Notes: generated by a model from the letters alone, not told the origin. DNA of 64,000 nucleotides from Bacteroidia bacterium (GCA_965279035.1 OZ257142.1:1760001-1824000), one strand, 5' to 3'. Shown: positions 1 to 10,160, counted from the stretch's first letter. Numbers and translations: made by a program.

Positions 1-240
1 CCCGGATTACGCAATATTGCTGTTACCGCTCCTTATATGCACGATGGGCGTTTCACTACTTTAGAAGAAGTAATCAACCACTATAACAACGGAATTCAAC
101 CACATCCGAATCTCGATCCTCGTTTGGTTGGTGTTCAGAATGGACGCATGAGCGATCAAGATGTAGAAGACATCATAGCCTTTTTACATACGCTTACCGA
201 CGAGGAATTTTTAACCAATCCAGCATTTCAAAAACCATGA
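1..240 (+). CDS. Di-heme cytochrome c peroxidase (MauG/MbnH-like), C-terminal part; 5' end outside window
   Basis: Frame is open from base 1: PGLRNIAVTAPYMHDGRFTTLEEVINHY...DIIAFLHTLTD, the conserved C-terminal motif of the CCP/MauG family. Confidence 0.88.
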   Translation, partial: PGLRNIAVTAPYMHDGRFTTLEEVINHYNNGIQPHPNLDPRLVGVQNGRMSDQDVEDIIAFLHTLTDEEFLTNPAFQKP

Positions 241-581
241 AGACGAAACGATTCTTTTCTTGTATATCACTCTTGATTTTTGTAGCGTGTAATGGTGTTT
301 CAACGCCACCATCAGCTAAAACAGCCGAGTTTAAAGTATGGGGAAATTGCGGTATGTGTAAAAAGACCATCGAAACGTCTTTGAAAGACAAACCGGGCGT
401 CCTCAAAGCCGATTGGAATGTAAAAACCAAACAAATGTCGGTTCAGTTCGATACACTCCGAATTTCCTTGAAAGACATTCAACAAACCATTGCAATGGCA
501 GGTTACGATAACGATGCATTTAAAGGCGATTCGGCTGCGTATGCAGGTTTGCATGAATGCTGTCAATACACCCGAAAATAA
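237..581 (+). CDS. Heavy-metal-associated (HMA) domain lipoprotein, copper/mercury chaperone-like
   Basis: Lipobox-like FVAC; GNCGMCK metal-binding loop; C-terminal YAGLHECCQY; ATGA overlap with upstream stop. Confidence 0.85.
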   Translation: MKTKRFFSCISLLIFVACNGVSTPPSAKTAEFKVWGNCGMCKKTIETSLKDKPGVLKADWNVKTKQMSVQFDTLRISLKDIQQTIAMAGYDNDAFKGDSAAYAGLHECCQYTRK

Positions 582-635
582 TTTTTGAATGCTGTAATAG
601 TTTTTTCCCTTGAGCTACTAAATAGAAAAAAGCTC

Positions 636-896
636 ATGGAAGAGACAATCAAAACCCAAAATGCATCGCCCATTTTTAACCGAATGGCTTATGGTTTATT
701 TATTTTATTAGGAATTTACTTCGCATTATTCTCGAAAGATTATCCTTCGGCATTAAGTAATTTCGGTATTGCACTCGTATTCGATCCATTCGACCAAACA
801 ATAAAATTTCCCGATCGACCGCTATATCAAAAGGTCTGGCTCATTACCCACGCAAGCTTAGCATTGGTAGGTTTTATCTTGATGTTGGTACTTTAG
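636..896 (+). CDS. Small integral membrane hypothetical protein
   Basis: Three hydrophobic segments, conserved-looking FDPFDQ motif; ATG at 636 preferred to TTG at 585. Confidence 0.7.
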   Translation: MEETIKTQNASPIFNRMAYGLFILLGIYFALFSKDYPSALSNFGIALVFDPFDQTIKFPDRPLYQKVWLITHASLALVGFILMLVL

Positions 897-1005
897 GGCC
901 TGCCCTTGTTTGCCTTCGCAATTGCCTCGCACACAAGGTCGCGTCTTCGCCTCATAGTCCTCGTCCTTCGTCCTGCGGGCTAGTTCCGGCTCAACCGCTC
1001 AGGCT
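896..1005 (+). ncRNA. Flavo-1-like structured RNA / intergenic repeat (candidate)
   Basis: GC-rich island between convergent genes; nested stems gcctg(898-902)/caggc(1000-1004), ccttgt(904-909)/acaagg(933-938), tagtcc(955-960)/gggcta(977-982); family name from recollected resemblance only. Confidence 0.45.
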
Positions 1006-2651
1006 TCAGCCCAATTGCTGGTAAATCGAAATGTGCTTCCATCAAATAAACCTTTGTCACTCAGTTTTAATTGTGGAATTACTAGCAATGCCATAAACGA
1101 TAAGGTCATGTAGGGTGCACGAAGCTTACTTTCTAGTTTTTCTTTCACAAACGTATCCAAATGAATGTAGCGTTTGGCTACTTCCCAACCATCATCATTA
1201 CTCATCAATCCTGCAACAGGCAAGGCAAGTAGATGATCTTCCTCTTTGTCAACAGCACATAATCCACCTTTGCTAATCATAAGTAGATTAATTGCTCGTA
1301 AAATTTCTTCGTCGCTGCATCCTGTAGCAATAATGTTGTGACTATCATGCGCCACCGTCGAAGCAATTGCTCCTTTCTTCAATCCAAAATTTCGAATAAA
1401 CGAAATTGCTGGCGGAGCATCCTGATAGCGATTTACTACCACGAGTTTCAACACATCCTGATCGGGCTGACTCAAGCAATTTCCTTGTTCATTTACCCGA
1501 GCAGGTATATGAAGTTCGCGGGTAATCAATTGTCCTTCGAGTGCTTCTATTACACGCAAATTTCCATCTTGAACTGGAAGATACAGTTCTTCCAATGTCA
1601 CTTCTCGACTATGAAACCGATTTTCGGGACGTTCTTCCTGATGATGAATGTTTGTTTTTCCATTCTCCGCAACTTTTTCACCTCGAATCCAAGTACCTCG
1701 AATATTAAAATGTTCGAGATTATCAATCTCAATAAAATCGGCCGAATCGCCCACTTGGAGCATACCAACAGGTAAATTATAATGCAGTTTCACATTGTAC
1801 GAAGCTGCACTCAATACATCAAATAGATTGTAACCCAATGCCAGCGCACGTTTCACTTGAACATTGATATGACCTTCGAGCAAATTATCCGGGTGTTTAT
1901 CATCGCTACACAACATCACTTTTTGCGGATGAGAAGCGAGTAGGGGATGCAAAGCCTCAAAATTCCGAGCAGCACTGCCTTCCCGAATTTGAATAAACAT
2001 TCCCGCTTTGATTTTATCCAATGCTTCTTCCAATGTGAAACATTCATGATCTGTTGTAATACCTGCTGATGCATACCGAATGGCTTCCTCACCGCGCAAT
2101 CCGGGAGCATGTCCATCAATGGGTTTATTATGCCGTTTGGCTGCTTCTATTTTGGCAATCATATCAGGATCACCTGCGAGAACACCAGGGTAATTCATCA
2201 CTTCCGCCAGGTACCAAATATCTTTTTTCCCTAATAAATAATCTACACCTTGAGGATCTATCGCATCTCCAGCCGTTTCGAAAACCGTTGCTGGAACACA
2301 AGAGGGCGCCCCAAAAAAGAAATGAAAAGGAACTTTAGCAGCATTGCGCAGCATGTATTCTACTCCAAAAACACCTAATACATTGGCTATCTCATGCGGA
2401 TCCGAAATCGTTCCTACCATGCCATGCACAACGGCCATCCGTGCAAATTCCGAAGGAATCAACAAACTACTTTCAACATGAACATGCGCATCAATAAATC
2501 CGGGAAGTATGAACGTCGTGCATTCAACTTCATTTGCTGGTTCAATGGATTGAATGATTCCATTTTCAACAACAAGGGTAGATGCCGAAATACTTCGACT
2601 GAGCAAATCAATTCGGCGAGCTGTAATGCGAAAGCTATGGGTGTTTTGCAT
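999..2651 (-). CDS. ade: Adenine deaminase
   Basis: PGFIDAHVHVESS, SDPHEIANV, DGHAPG, TDHEC, IREGSAA, HDSHN motifs; 550 aa. Confidence 0.95.
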   Translation of the reverse strand: MQNTHSFRITARRIDLLSRSISASTLVVENGIIQSIEPANEVECTTFILPGFIDAHVHVESSLLIPSEFARMAVVHGMVGTISDPHEIANVLGVFGVEYMLRNAAKVPFHFFFGAPSCVPATVFETAGDAIDPQGVDYLLGKKDIWYLAEVMNYPGVLAGDPDMIAKIEAAKRHNKPIDGHAPGLRGEEAIRYASAGITTDHECFTLEEALDKIKAGMFIQIREGSAARNFEALHPLLASHPQKVMLCSDDKHPDNLLEGHINVQVKRALALGYNLFDVLSAASYNVKLHYNLPVGMLQVGDSADFIEIDNLEHFNIRGTWIRGEKVAENGKTNIHHQEERPENRFHSREVTLEELYLPVQDGNLRVIEALEGQLITRELHIPARVNEQGNCLSQPDQDVLKLVVVNRYQDAPPAISFIRNFGLKKGAIASTVAHDSHNIIATGCSDEEILRAINLLMISKGGLCAVDKEEDHLLALPVAGLMSNDDGWEVAKRYIHLDTFVKEKLESKLRAPYMTLSFMALLVIPQLKLSDKGLFDGSTFRFTSNWAEA

Positions 2652-2655
2652 GATC

Positions 2656-2663
2656 CAAACCTA
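2656..2663 (-). promoter_or_regulatory. Bacteroidota sigma-A -7 element (TAGGTTTG) of ade
   Basis: Matches TAnnTTTG; only 4 nt separate it from the ATG. Confidence 0.6.
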
Positions 2664-2904
2664 ACACCTTCAACGCAGATTTATTTCATCTTTTAATGAA
2701 TCTTTTCATTTAGATAACATTAAAATTTTCGGTTTCATTTTACGCTTAATACGTTTGAATTTTAGGGATGAAATTCAAGCCAGTGAACGAATCCAAGATT
2801 CAATACTCGAATTAGTACGTAAGATGATCTATAGATTAACTTAAACAGGAGTAGTTCATTCAAAAAGAAGAAGTAATTTCCCCCTAAATTTCTAACTATC
2901 TCTC

Positions 2905-5589
2905 ATGAAGTACTTTACTTTCCTTAACAAAGGTCTTCTCACCTTAGCTGCTTTCCTAACCGGCGCTATGGCTTTGCAGGCACAAACCGGTTTAACGGTC
3001 AATGTTGTTGACTCTAACTTGGTATCTTGTCAGGATGATGCTTTTGCATCTATTACTATTAGTGGTGGAGTTGGTCCATACACTGCCTATTGGTTAAGAT
3101 ATACAGATGGTGTAAATCCACCTTCTGGTGGTGGTTTGCAAATAGATACAGTTGCTATTGGTACTAGTGCCGATAGTCTTGCTCCCGGCTATTACCAAAT
3201 TCATACATACGACTCATCTACACCAACCCAATTGATTGGTTATACAGGTGTTTATATCCAAGGCTCATTTCAAATCAATCAAACCATTACTCCTGCAACG
3301 TGTACCAATGCCGATGGGAAAATTAAAATAACCATTGTCAACACAGTTGGTCCATACGATTTTGAATGGAGTACAGGTGTTCAACATTACGGATTAACAA
3401 ATAATTCCGATTCTGTGATGAACGTCGCTGCTGGAAATTATTCCTGCATTGTTACTGATGGTAATGGATGTTTTGTAAATGGTGGTGGCGGTGCTGGAAC
3501 TGCACCTCAATCAGGATTTTATGTGTATTCTAATTCACCTATTGTCGCTACAGGAACTGCAACTCCTTCGAATTGCTTCGATGGAACGGCTACTGTAACA
3601 GCAGCAAGTGGAACTGCACCTTATTCTTATGTTTGGAATACTGTTCCTGCTCAGTTTGGCGCAACGGCTACTGGATTATCTCCCGGTTATGTGATTTGTA
3701 CAGTTACTGATGCTGTTGGTTGTACTCGTCAGCAATACGTAACAGTTCCTGCTGGTCCAAATTATCTTCAAGCAACTAGCAATATTACTCAATCAGTTTG
3801 TGGTGGTTCGCCAGGATCAATCGACTTGACTGTAACAGGCGGTGTTGCTCCATACACATATATTTGGTCAAATGGAAGCACAGCACAAGATCAAACAGGC
3901 TTAGCTTCAGGAAGTTATTCTGTGATGATTGAAGATGCTCAAGGTTGTGCTCTTACTGCATACAAGTATGTTGCTGAGTATTCACCGGTGCATGCCAATA
4001 TTTCTTCTTCATATCCCGATTGCACTCCCAATAACGGTTCTGCAAGTGTGAATGTAACTGGTGGAACTGGTCCTTATACGTATGTATGGTCTCCTGGAGG
4101 AGCTTCTACTTCAACAATTAATGGCTTGAGCTCTGGGTACTATTACGTATTAGCTACTGACGCAAATGGTTGTAGCGATTATGATTATGCAAATTTGCAA
4201 TTACCACAATCGTGTAGAGTTCATATCCGTGGTCGCATTTTTAATGATCTCAATGGGAATTGTACTCAAGATCCGAATGAGGGAGTATTATCGAATGTAA
4301 TTGTCAATGCAACTCCAGGTTATCATTATGGAAGTACCGACAATAATGGGTATTACGATATAGAAACCGATCCAGGTGTTTATGATTTAACTGCTTATGC
4401 ACCTAATAACTGGACTCAAGTATGTCCATCGGCTCCCATGACCATCAATGTAGATGCTTCTACTGCAGGATCTATATACGGAAGCAACAATTTCTACATG
4501 CAGCCAGATTCAATTTTCAACGATTTGCAAGTGTATTTGTATTCAGGTCCAGCTCGTCCGGGATTTCCTTTAGCTTGGTATGCAAATGTGCGTAATGCAG
4601 GAACAACAACACTTACAACTGGTTTAGATGTTCAACACGATGCACTTGCTACTTATAGTAGTGCTTCTCCTGCAGTAGGAGGATATAATGCAGCAACACA
4701 TACTGCTTCTTGGAGTTTATCGCCTTTAAGTCCTCAAACCAATGTAAATTATTACCTCTACACAACACTTTCAACAGCAGCTGTTATTGGTGATTCAATT
4801 CATGGAACTGCTTCTTTAACCTATGCTGGCTCGGATGTGAATCCTGCAAACAATACCAGCCAATTCGCACGTTTGATTACTGGTTCATACGATCCAAACG
4901 ACAAATCAGTTGAGCCACGTGGATTAGGAGAAGAAGGCAAAATCTTTTTCCAAGACAGCATTCTTCATTATTCAATTCGTTTCCAAAATACAGGAAACGA
5001 CACAGCATTTACTGTAATTGTTCGCGACACATTAGATGCTGCGCTTGATGTACCTAGTTTCCGTTTCGAAGGAAGCAGCCATCCAATGACCTATTCGGTT
5101 AGTGGTGAAGGGGTTGTTACTTTTACGTTTAATCACATTATGTTGCCCGATAGTTTTGTGAATGAAGCAGCAAGTCATGGTGTTTTGAGTTATTCTATCA
5201 AACGTAAAATGGATATCGCTTTCGGCACCGAAATCAACAATACAGGATATATCTATTTCGATTTCAATCCTCCTGTTATGACCAATACAACACGTAATAC
5301 CTTGTTTGATCCAACGGTTGGTATCGAAAATTTAAGTGGTTTAAATTTCTCTTTAAGTCCAAATCCTGCTATCGAACGAAGTCGTGTTTTACTTCAATTG
5401 GATCGCCCAGCTGATGTTCAATATTCTATCCTTGATTTGTCAGGACGTATGATACAAAATCGCAAAATGGGTAAATTAGGAGCAGGTGATCATCAATGGC
5501 AAGTGGAATCATTACCATCGGGTGCTTACTTAATTCGCATTCAAGCGGGCAATGTAATGCAAACTAAACGCTTGGTTATTACACGATAA
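2905..5589 (+). CDS. T9SS type A sorting domain protein with SprB repeats, SdrD-B-like domain and GSYDPNDK (DUF7619-like) domain
   Basis: Signal peptide; GGxxPYTYxWS...GxYxVxxTDANGC repeats; GRIFNDLNGNC; GSYDPNDK...YSIRFQNTG...IYFDFN; CTD SPNP...LPSGAYLIRI...KRLVI. Confidence 0.9.
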   Translation: MKYFTFLNKGLLTLAAFLTGAMALQAQTGLTVNVVDSNLVSCQDDAFASITISGGVGPYTAYWLRYTDGVNPPSGGGLQIDTVAIGTSADSLAPGYYQIHTYDSSTPTQLIGYTGVYIQGSFQINQTITPATCTNADGKIKITIVNTVGPYDFEWSTGVQHYGLTNNSDSVMNVAAGNYSCIVTDGNGCFVNGGGGAGTAPQSGFYVYSNSPIVATGTATPSNCFDGTATVTAASGTAPYSYVWNTVPAQFGATATGLSPGYVICTVTDAVGCTRQQYVTVPAGPNYLQATSNITQSVCGGSPGSIDLTVTGGVAPYTYIWSNGSTAQDQTGLASGSYSVMIEDAQGCALTAYKYVAEYSPVHANISSSYPDCTPNNGSASVNVTGGTGPYTYVWSPGGASTSTINGLSSGYYYVLATDANGCSDYDYANLQLPQSCRVHIRGRIFNDLNGNCTQDPNEGVLSNVIVNATPGYHYGSTDNNGYYDIETDPGVYDLTAYAPNNWTQVCPSAPMTINVDASTAGSIYGSNNFYMQPDSIFNDLQVYLYSGPARPGFPLAWYANVRNAGTTTLTTGLDVQHDALATYSSASPAVGGYNAATHTASWSLSPLSPQTNVNYYLYTTLSTAAVIGDSIHGTASLTYAGSDVNPANNTSQFARLITGSYDPNDKSVEPRGLGEEGKIFFQDSILHYSIRFQNTGNDTAFTVIVRDTLDAALDVPSFRFEGSSHPMTYSVSGEGVVTFTFNHIMLPDSFVNEAASHGVLSYSIKRKMDIAFGTEINNTGYIYFDFNPPVMTNTTRNTLFDPTVGIENLSGLNFSLSPNPAIERSRVLLQLDRPADVQYSILDLSGRMIQNRKMGKLGAGDHQWQVESLPSGAYLIRIQAGNVMQTKRLVITR

Positions 5590-5607
5590 GAAATTTTCTA
5601 TACATTG

Positions 5608-5645
5608 AAAGCGCCCATCTAAGTGTTAGGTGGGCGCTTTTTTTT
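5608..5645 (+). terminator. Rho-independent terminator
   Basis: aaagcgcccatct / aggtgggcgcttt stem followed by T tract. Confidence 0.85.
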
Positions 5646-5719
5646 CAACAATTCAATCGATTTTTCGTTAAGAAATCTGAATTTTGATTTCCTCTTAAAG
5701 GCTTAATGTATCTTGCGCT

Positions 5720-6919
5720 GTGTTTTGTTCACCTTCCGATCGCATCGAAACTGCTACTGAACTTCAGATAGACTGGCTCGATTCCCCTTTAAATTTCGAT
5801 AAAGTAAGCTGGAATTGCGGATTTTATTTTCGCGAGGGATATATCCGTGCACTCATCGATGGTTCAGGAAACAGAGGACACTTTTTATTTTCTCGCATCT
5901 ACCAAAAGGGTGAATTGATAGCCATTGCCTGTTTTCAAGAATTGGTTTTATATCGTGATGAACTCGATGAATTGGGACGACTTTTCTCATCCGACAGTAA
6001 ACTTGCGCTCAAAGCAGAATCATTTGTTAAATCGGTTGTCAATCTTGGAAGAGGAAAGAAAGGCATTCGAATCCTTATTGCTGGCAATTGTCAAGTCACG
6101 GGACCTTATGGAATCTGCTTTTCTCCAAAATTGGAAGATGCCGAAAAGTCAGATTGCATAACAGCGCTTCTTCGTTCTGCCGAAAGCACATACGGACCTT
6201 TTTCAATCACCTTAGTCAAAGATTTTCTTCCCGAACACGAATCAATTATTGAATCAATTCGTCCTGAAGGTTTTAGACGAATTCCAACTTTACCTGTGAT
6301 GCGGTTTTACCTCGACAAGAAATGGAAAACCTACGATGATTATTTGAATGCTATGGCTTCTAAATATCGCATTAGAGCTAAAGCGGCACGAAAAAAAGGA
6401 GTTCTACTTGAACGACAAAATTGGGATATTGATCAAATTCAAAATCATTTAGCTGAAATCGATGTGCTCTATCGAAATGTGTTTGAGAAAGCACGTTTTC
6501 GCTTGTTTCGTGTTGAACCCAATTATTTCATTTCACTCAAATCTTCCTTCAAAGAAAAATTCATATTCAAAGCGTATTTGCTAGATGGAAAATTGGTCGG
6601 TTTTAGTACATTTTTAATCGACGAAAAGCAAAGTGATGCTCATTTGATTGGACTTGATTATTCAGCTAATAAGCATTATTCGCTTTATCAAAATATGCTT
6701 TATAATTATGTCGAATCTGGAATTGATGCTCAAGCAAATTGCATTGATTTTGGTAGGACAGCTATGGAAATAAAAAGTACAATAGGAGCAATTCCTGAGT
6801 CAAGTCCTGTGGTTGTAAAAATGCGAAATCACTTTTTAAATGGTATTGCTTGCATGTTAGTAGAGAATTCGGCACCAACACCTTGGATTCAACGTCACCC
6901 ATTTCGGGAGGAAGAATAG
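5720..6919 (+). CDS. GNAT/FemAB-like N-acetyltransferase family protein
   Basis: WKTYDDYLNAMASKYR, HLIGLDY, LYQNML, DFGRTAMEIKSTIGA motifs; GTG start uncertain. Confidence 0.75.
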   Translation: MFCSPSDRIETATELQIDWLDSPLNFDKVSWNCGFYFREGYIRALIDGSGNRGHFLFSRIYQKGELIAIACFQELVLYRDELDELGRLFSSDSKLALKAESFVKSVVNLGRGKKGIRILIAGNCQVTGPYGICFSPKLEDAEKSDCITALLRSAESTYGPFSITLVKDFLPEHESIIESIRPEGFRRIPTLPVMRFYLDKKWKTYDDYLNAMASKYRIRAKAARKKGVLLERQNWDIDQIQNHLAEIDVLYRNVFEKARFRLFRVEPNYFISLKSSFKEKFIFKAYLLDGKLVGFSTFLIDEKQSDAHLIGLDYSANKHYSLYQNMLYNYVESGIDAQANCIDFGRTAMEIKSTIGAIPESSPVVVKMRNHFLNGIACMLVENSAPTPWIQRHPFREEE

Positions 6920-6938
6920 AGAATTATTAATTACGAAT

Positions 6939-8333
6939 CAGTACTGTCCGGTTAAAATTGAGATTGCATGATTTACCTTCTGTAGTTGCAGTAAATGCGG
7001 GTGTTGATGGTATTTATTTAAAATAAAGCCCCCTATGGAGGGAACAATGGCAGTTGAAAGGATTTAATTTGATTTCTAATTAGCGATTTTTCAGGATTGA
7101 TGAGGAATTCAAAAAGGTTGATATAGGTCATCAAATGTAGCCTGACCATGGCTGCAAGATTTGAAAACGACCAGTTTTTACCAGCTCTTGCTTTGACAAT
7201 TTTTAAGACAAGGTCAGCGATCAGGGCACACCAGATTTGGATTTTGATCGCATTTTCGCTCTCTCCAAGGAAGCTTTGCATCGGATAGTTCTGTTTGATA
7301 CGCTTAAATAGCGATTCGATCTGCCAACGATTTTTATAAAACAGTGCGATTGAGGAGGGTTTGAATTGATTGTTATTGGTTATGAATTCAAATATCCTCT
7401 TCGATTTTTTGTCCTCATATTTTATAAGACGTGCCTTCACTCGTGTATTGTTATTGTGCTTGGTGTGGCCCATTTCTATAATCTGGTCGAGCAAAATTCC
7501 GTTCTGCTTTTCCTTGTCTGAAATTTTCTTTTCCCGCAGGACTTTGATCACGGTGTTGTTTCGTAATCGGGTCACCCATGTGACATTTTCTTCCGAGAAA
7601 CGGTTGTATTGCTTGTAATCATTATAACCACGATCAAACACCACAATGGACCCACGTTGCAGGTGTATGTTCTGCAGAAATGGGCTGTCGGCTCCAGCTC
7701 CAGCAGAGAACCTTATCAAGCAAGGCACGTCTTGATCACTCCTCATTAAAGTATGCACCTTAATACCGCCTTTGCGCTTACCATCGGCGGGATTACGACC
7801 GGCATTTTTCAAAACTTCCTGAAACAACTGAATCGTTGTCGAGTCAACAATATAAAGCCGGGATGCGATTTTACTTCGGCTGTCCGGTAAAAAATGCTTG
7901 TATCGGTCATAAAGCCAGTAGTAAATATCTTCAAAGACATCGGCTGGTCGACTGGTATTTGCATCTGAAATCGTGCTCCTTCTGGGAAAGTAGTTGATTC
8001 CTAAATGCTGTATCCTGCCTTCCCAGGCAAGTAGGCCTGAGGTCACTTCTCGGATACCTGTACACCGATTAAAGATTGCGTAAAGCATCGTTACTAGGTG
8101 CGTATAAGTCCTGAAGTTCTTATAATACCTATCAGCGTTATGCTCATCAGCTATGTCCTTTACTTTCGTCTGAGGCAGATAAGAAAGGAGTTGACTGTAA
8201 ATCGGCTGTCCGGTAAAATATTTACTTTTACTCATGATTATTTTGGTGTGTCGTAACTCAAAAATAATCACAAAAGGAGTGATCGAAATGGTCGCTCCTT
8301 TTTTCTGATTTAAACTTTAACCGGACAGTACTG
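6939..8333 (-). mobile_element. IS4-family element A, copy 1 (1395 bp)
   Basis: Terminal IRs cagtactgtccggttaaa; 9-bp direct target duplication attacgaat at 6930-6938 and 8334-8342. Confidence 0.95.
7033..8235 (-). CDS. IS4-family DDE transposase (DUF4372-type N-terminus)
   Basis: VDSTTI, GIKVH, FDRGY, YKNRWQIESLFK (YREK) motifs; ATG at 8235 preferred. Confidence 0.95.
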   Translation of the reverse strand: MSKSKYFTGQPIYSQLLSYLPQTKVKDIADEHNADRYYKNFRTYTHLVTMLYAIFNRCTGIREVTSGLLAWEGRIQHLGINYFPRRSTISDANTSRPADVFEDIYYWLYDRYKHFLPDSRSKIASRLYIVDSTTIQLFQEVLKNAGRNPADGKRKGGIKVHTLMRSDQDVPCLIRFSAGAGADSPFLQNIHLQRGSIVVFDRGYNDYKQYNRFSEENVTWVTRLRNNTVIKVLREKKISDKEKQNGILLDQIIEMGHTKHNNNTRVKARLIKYEDKKSKRIFEFITNNNQFKPSSIALFYKNRWQIESLFKRIKQNYPMQSFLGESENAIKIQIWCALIADLVLKIVKARAGKNWSFSNLAAMVRLHLMTYINLFEFLINPEKSLIRNQIKSFQLPLFPP

Positions 8334-8410
8334 ATTACGAATTATCAATTACGAGTTACGGATTACCATATACGATTAACCATATACGATTAACGATTTG
8401 CGAATTGACC
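8334..8410. repeat. Degenerate heptamer tandem repeat (ATTACGA-type, 11 units; about 2 more at 6923-6938)
   Basis: attacga attatca attacga gttacgg attacca tatacga ttaacca tatacga ttaacga tttgcga attgacc. Confidence 0.85.
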
Positions 8411-8603
8411 ATGCTTTATAAATCAAAATATTTCTTTTATTGAGAAATAGTTATTGTTTTCTTACATAAATACTATATTGATGTTTAGGCTTTTATTTGA
8501 TGCGAATGATAATGCATTTGCAGTAAACTAAAGGCAGTTTTATAGGATATGTCAATTTAGTTTGGCATTTAAGCGAGTATATAGAATTGAAATAGGTTTT
8601 TGT

Positions 8604-9269
8604 ATGACCAATTCAAAAAAATTGGGTGAAATAACCCTGTTATTGGCCGATAGAATTCCGCTTTTTAGTAGCGGTCTGCAACAGATATTAATGTCTGGTA
8701 ATGGATTTTCACGTGTCGATGTTGCCGAAGGTAGAAAGGAAGTCATGCAATATTTGCAGGCTTTTAAATACGATATCCTTATCATGGATACTCGACTAAA
8801 TGATTCAGAAAGCTTAGAAGTTTTACAGCATATTCGAAGACTTTATCCAAATCAGAAAGTAATTTTTTTAGGTCGAATGCGAGATCAACATTTCCTAAAA
8901 GAATGTATACAATACGGACTAAAAGGATATATACTTCGAAATTCAAGTCTTGATAAATTGCTCCTTGCTATTCAAACTGTTCATAAGGACAGCGAATATT
9001 TTTCACCCGAAGTTGCCAAAGCATTTTATCGTTTAATAGCCAATCCAATTGCTGCCGATTCGCGACAACCTTTGGAATTATTATCAAGAGAATTGGAAAT
9101 ATTGCGTCGAATTTGTGATGAAAAATGCAACGAAGAAATTGCATCTGATCTCAATATTAGCCTTTCCATGGTAAAGAAATACCGAAGCAGTTTATTATTA
9201 AAAACAGGATCTAAAAATACTGCTGGATTAATCAAATTCGCATTTCGGCAGGGAATCATGCGTCTTTAA
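8604..9269 (+). CDS. NarL/LuxR-family response regulator (receiver + HTH), orphan
   Basis: YDILIMD, GLKGYIL, LSRELEILRRI...EEIASDLNIS...KTGSKNTAGLIKFA; ATG at 8604. Confidence 0.88.
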   Translation: MTNSKKLGEITLLLADRIPLFSSGLQQILMSGNGFSRVDVAEGRKEVMQYLQAFKYDILIMDTRLNDSESLEVLQHIRRLYPNQKVIFLGRMRDQHFLKECIQYGLKGYILRNSSLDKLLLAIQTVHKDSEYFSPEVAKAFYRLIANPIAADSRQPLELLSRELEILRRICDEKCNEEIASDLNISLSMVKKYRSSLLLKTGSKNTAGLIKFAFRQGIMRL

Positions 9270-9494
9270 TTTGATTGGGAATTAGTTTTCAAGTAAAGGA
9301 ATTCATTTAGGCTTTTTATTCTACTAAATAATTCAATTCTTCTGTACTAAAGTCACTGCACTTTTGAACCATTTAGCCACTTGACAGCCCCTGATTAATA
9401 ATTCATCTTTGGAAAACAAATAATTAAGATTGCCCTTTAGTTTTATGTATTAGTCGTATTTATTAGTCAATTAGACGTGGAAGGATGGCCCACG

Positions 9495-9541
9495 AAAAGA
9501 GTTTCCCGTTCAGGCTTTCGTTTGATCGGGAAACTCATTTT
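9495..9541 (-). terminator. Terminator hairpin after folE, possibly bidirectional
   Basis: gagtttcccg / cgggaaactc stem with short A/T runs on both sides. Confidence 0.65.
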
Positions 9542-10160
9542 AATGAAGTCGGTGACTTATTAAACTTATAAATTCGGAGCGCGTTTTTTCAACTAGAAAT
9601 TCACCTGTAAAGGCAGATGTAGTAGTGACCGAGTTTTGTTTTTGTACACCACGCATTTGCATACACAAATGTTGAGCTTCAATCACAACAGCTACTCCGA
9701 GTGGATTAAGCGTATCCTGAATACAATCACGAATTTGAGTTGTTAAACGTTCCTGAACTTGCAAGCGACGAGCAAAGGCATCTACAATTCGAGGTATTTT
9801 ACTTAATCCAACAATATGTCCGTTTGGTATATAGGCTATATGTGCTTTCCCGAAAAATGGCAGCATGTGGTGCTCGCATAGTGAATACAATTCAATATCC
9901 TTTACAAGAACCATTTGTCTGTAATCCTCAGCGAACATGGCTGATTTCAATATTTCGGCAGGATCAAGATCATATCCGTGAGTTAAAAACTGCATGGCTT
10001 TCGCGACACGCTCGGGCGTTTTTTTTAAGCCTTCGCGTTCTGGATCTTCACCAATATTGGATATAATAGTCGAATAATGATTCGTTAATTCTTCTATTTT
10101 TTCGCTGTTATATCGATCAATTTTGCGATATCCTTCGGGTTGAAATTCTGTGTCTTCCAT
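9540..10160 (-). CDS. folE: GTP cyclohydrolase I
   Basis: [44 protein letters not shown]. Confidence 0.98.
   Translation of the reverse strand: MEDTEFQPEGYRKIDRYNSEKIEELTNHYSTIISNIGEDPEREGLKKTPERVAKAMQFLTHGYDLDPAEILKSAMFAEDYRQMVLVKDIELYSLCEHHMLPFFGKAHIAYIPNGHIVGLSKIPRIVDAFARRLQVQERLTTQIRDCIQDTLNPLGVAVVIEAQHLCMQMRGVQKQNSVTTTSAFTGEFLVEKTRSEFISLISHRLH

Noticed and set aside
9330-9540. Possible small RNA between the LuxR gene and folE
   Set aside because: Only a mismatched -7 element (catctttg) and a shared terminator hairpin; insufficient evidence
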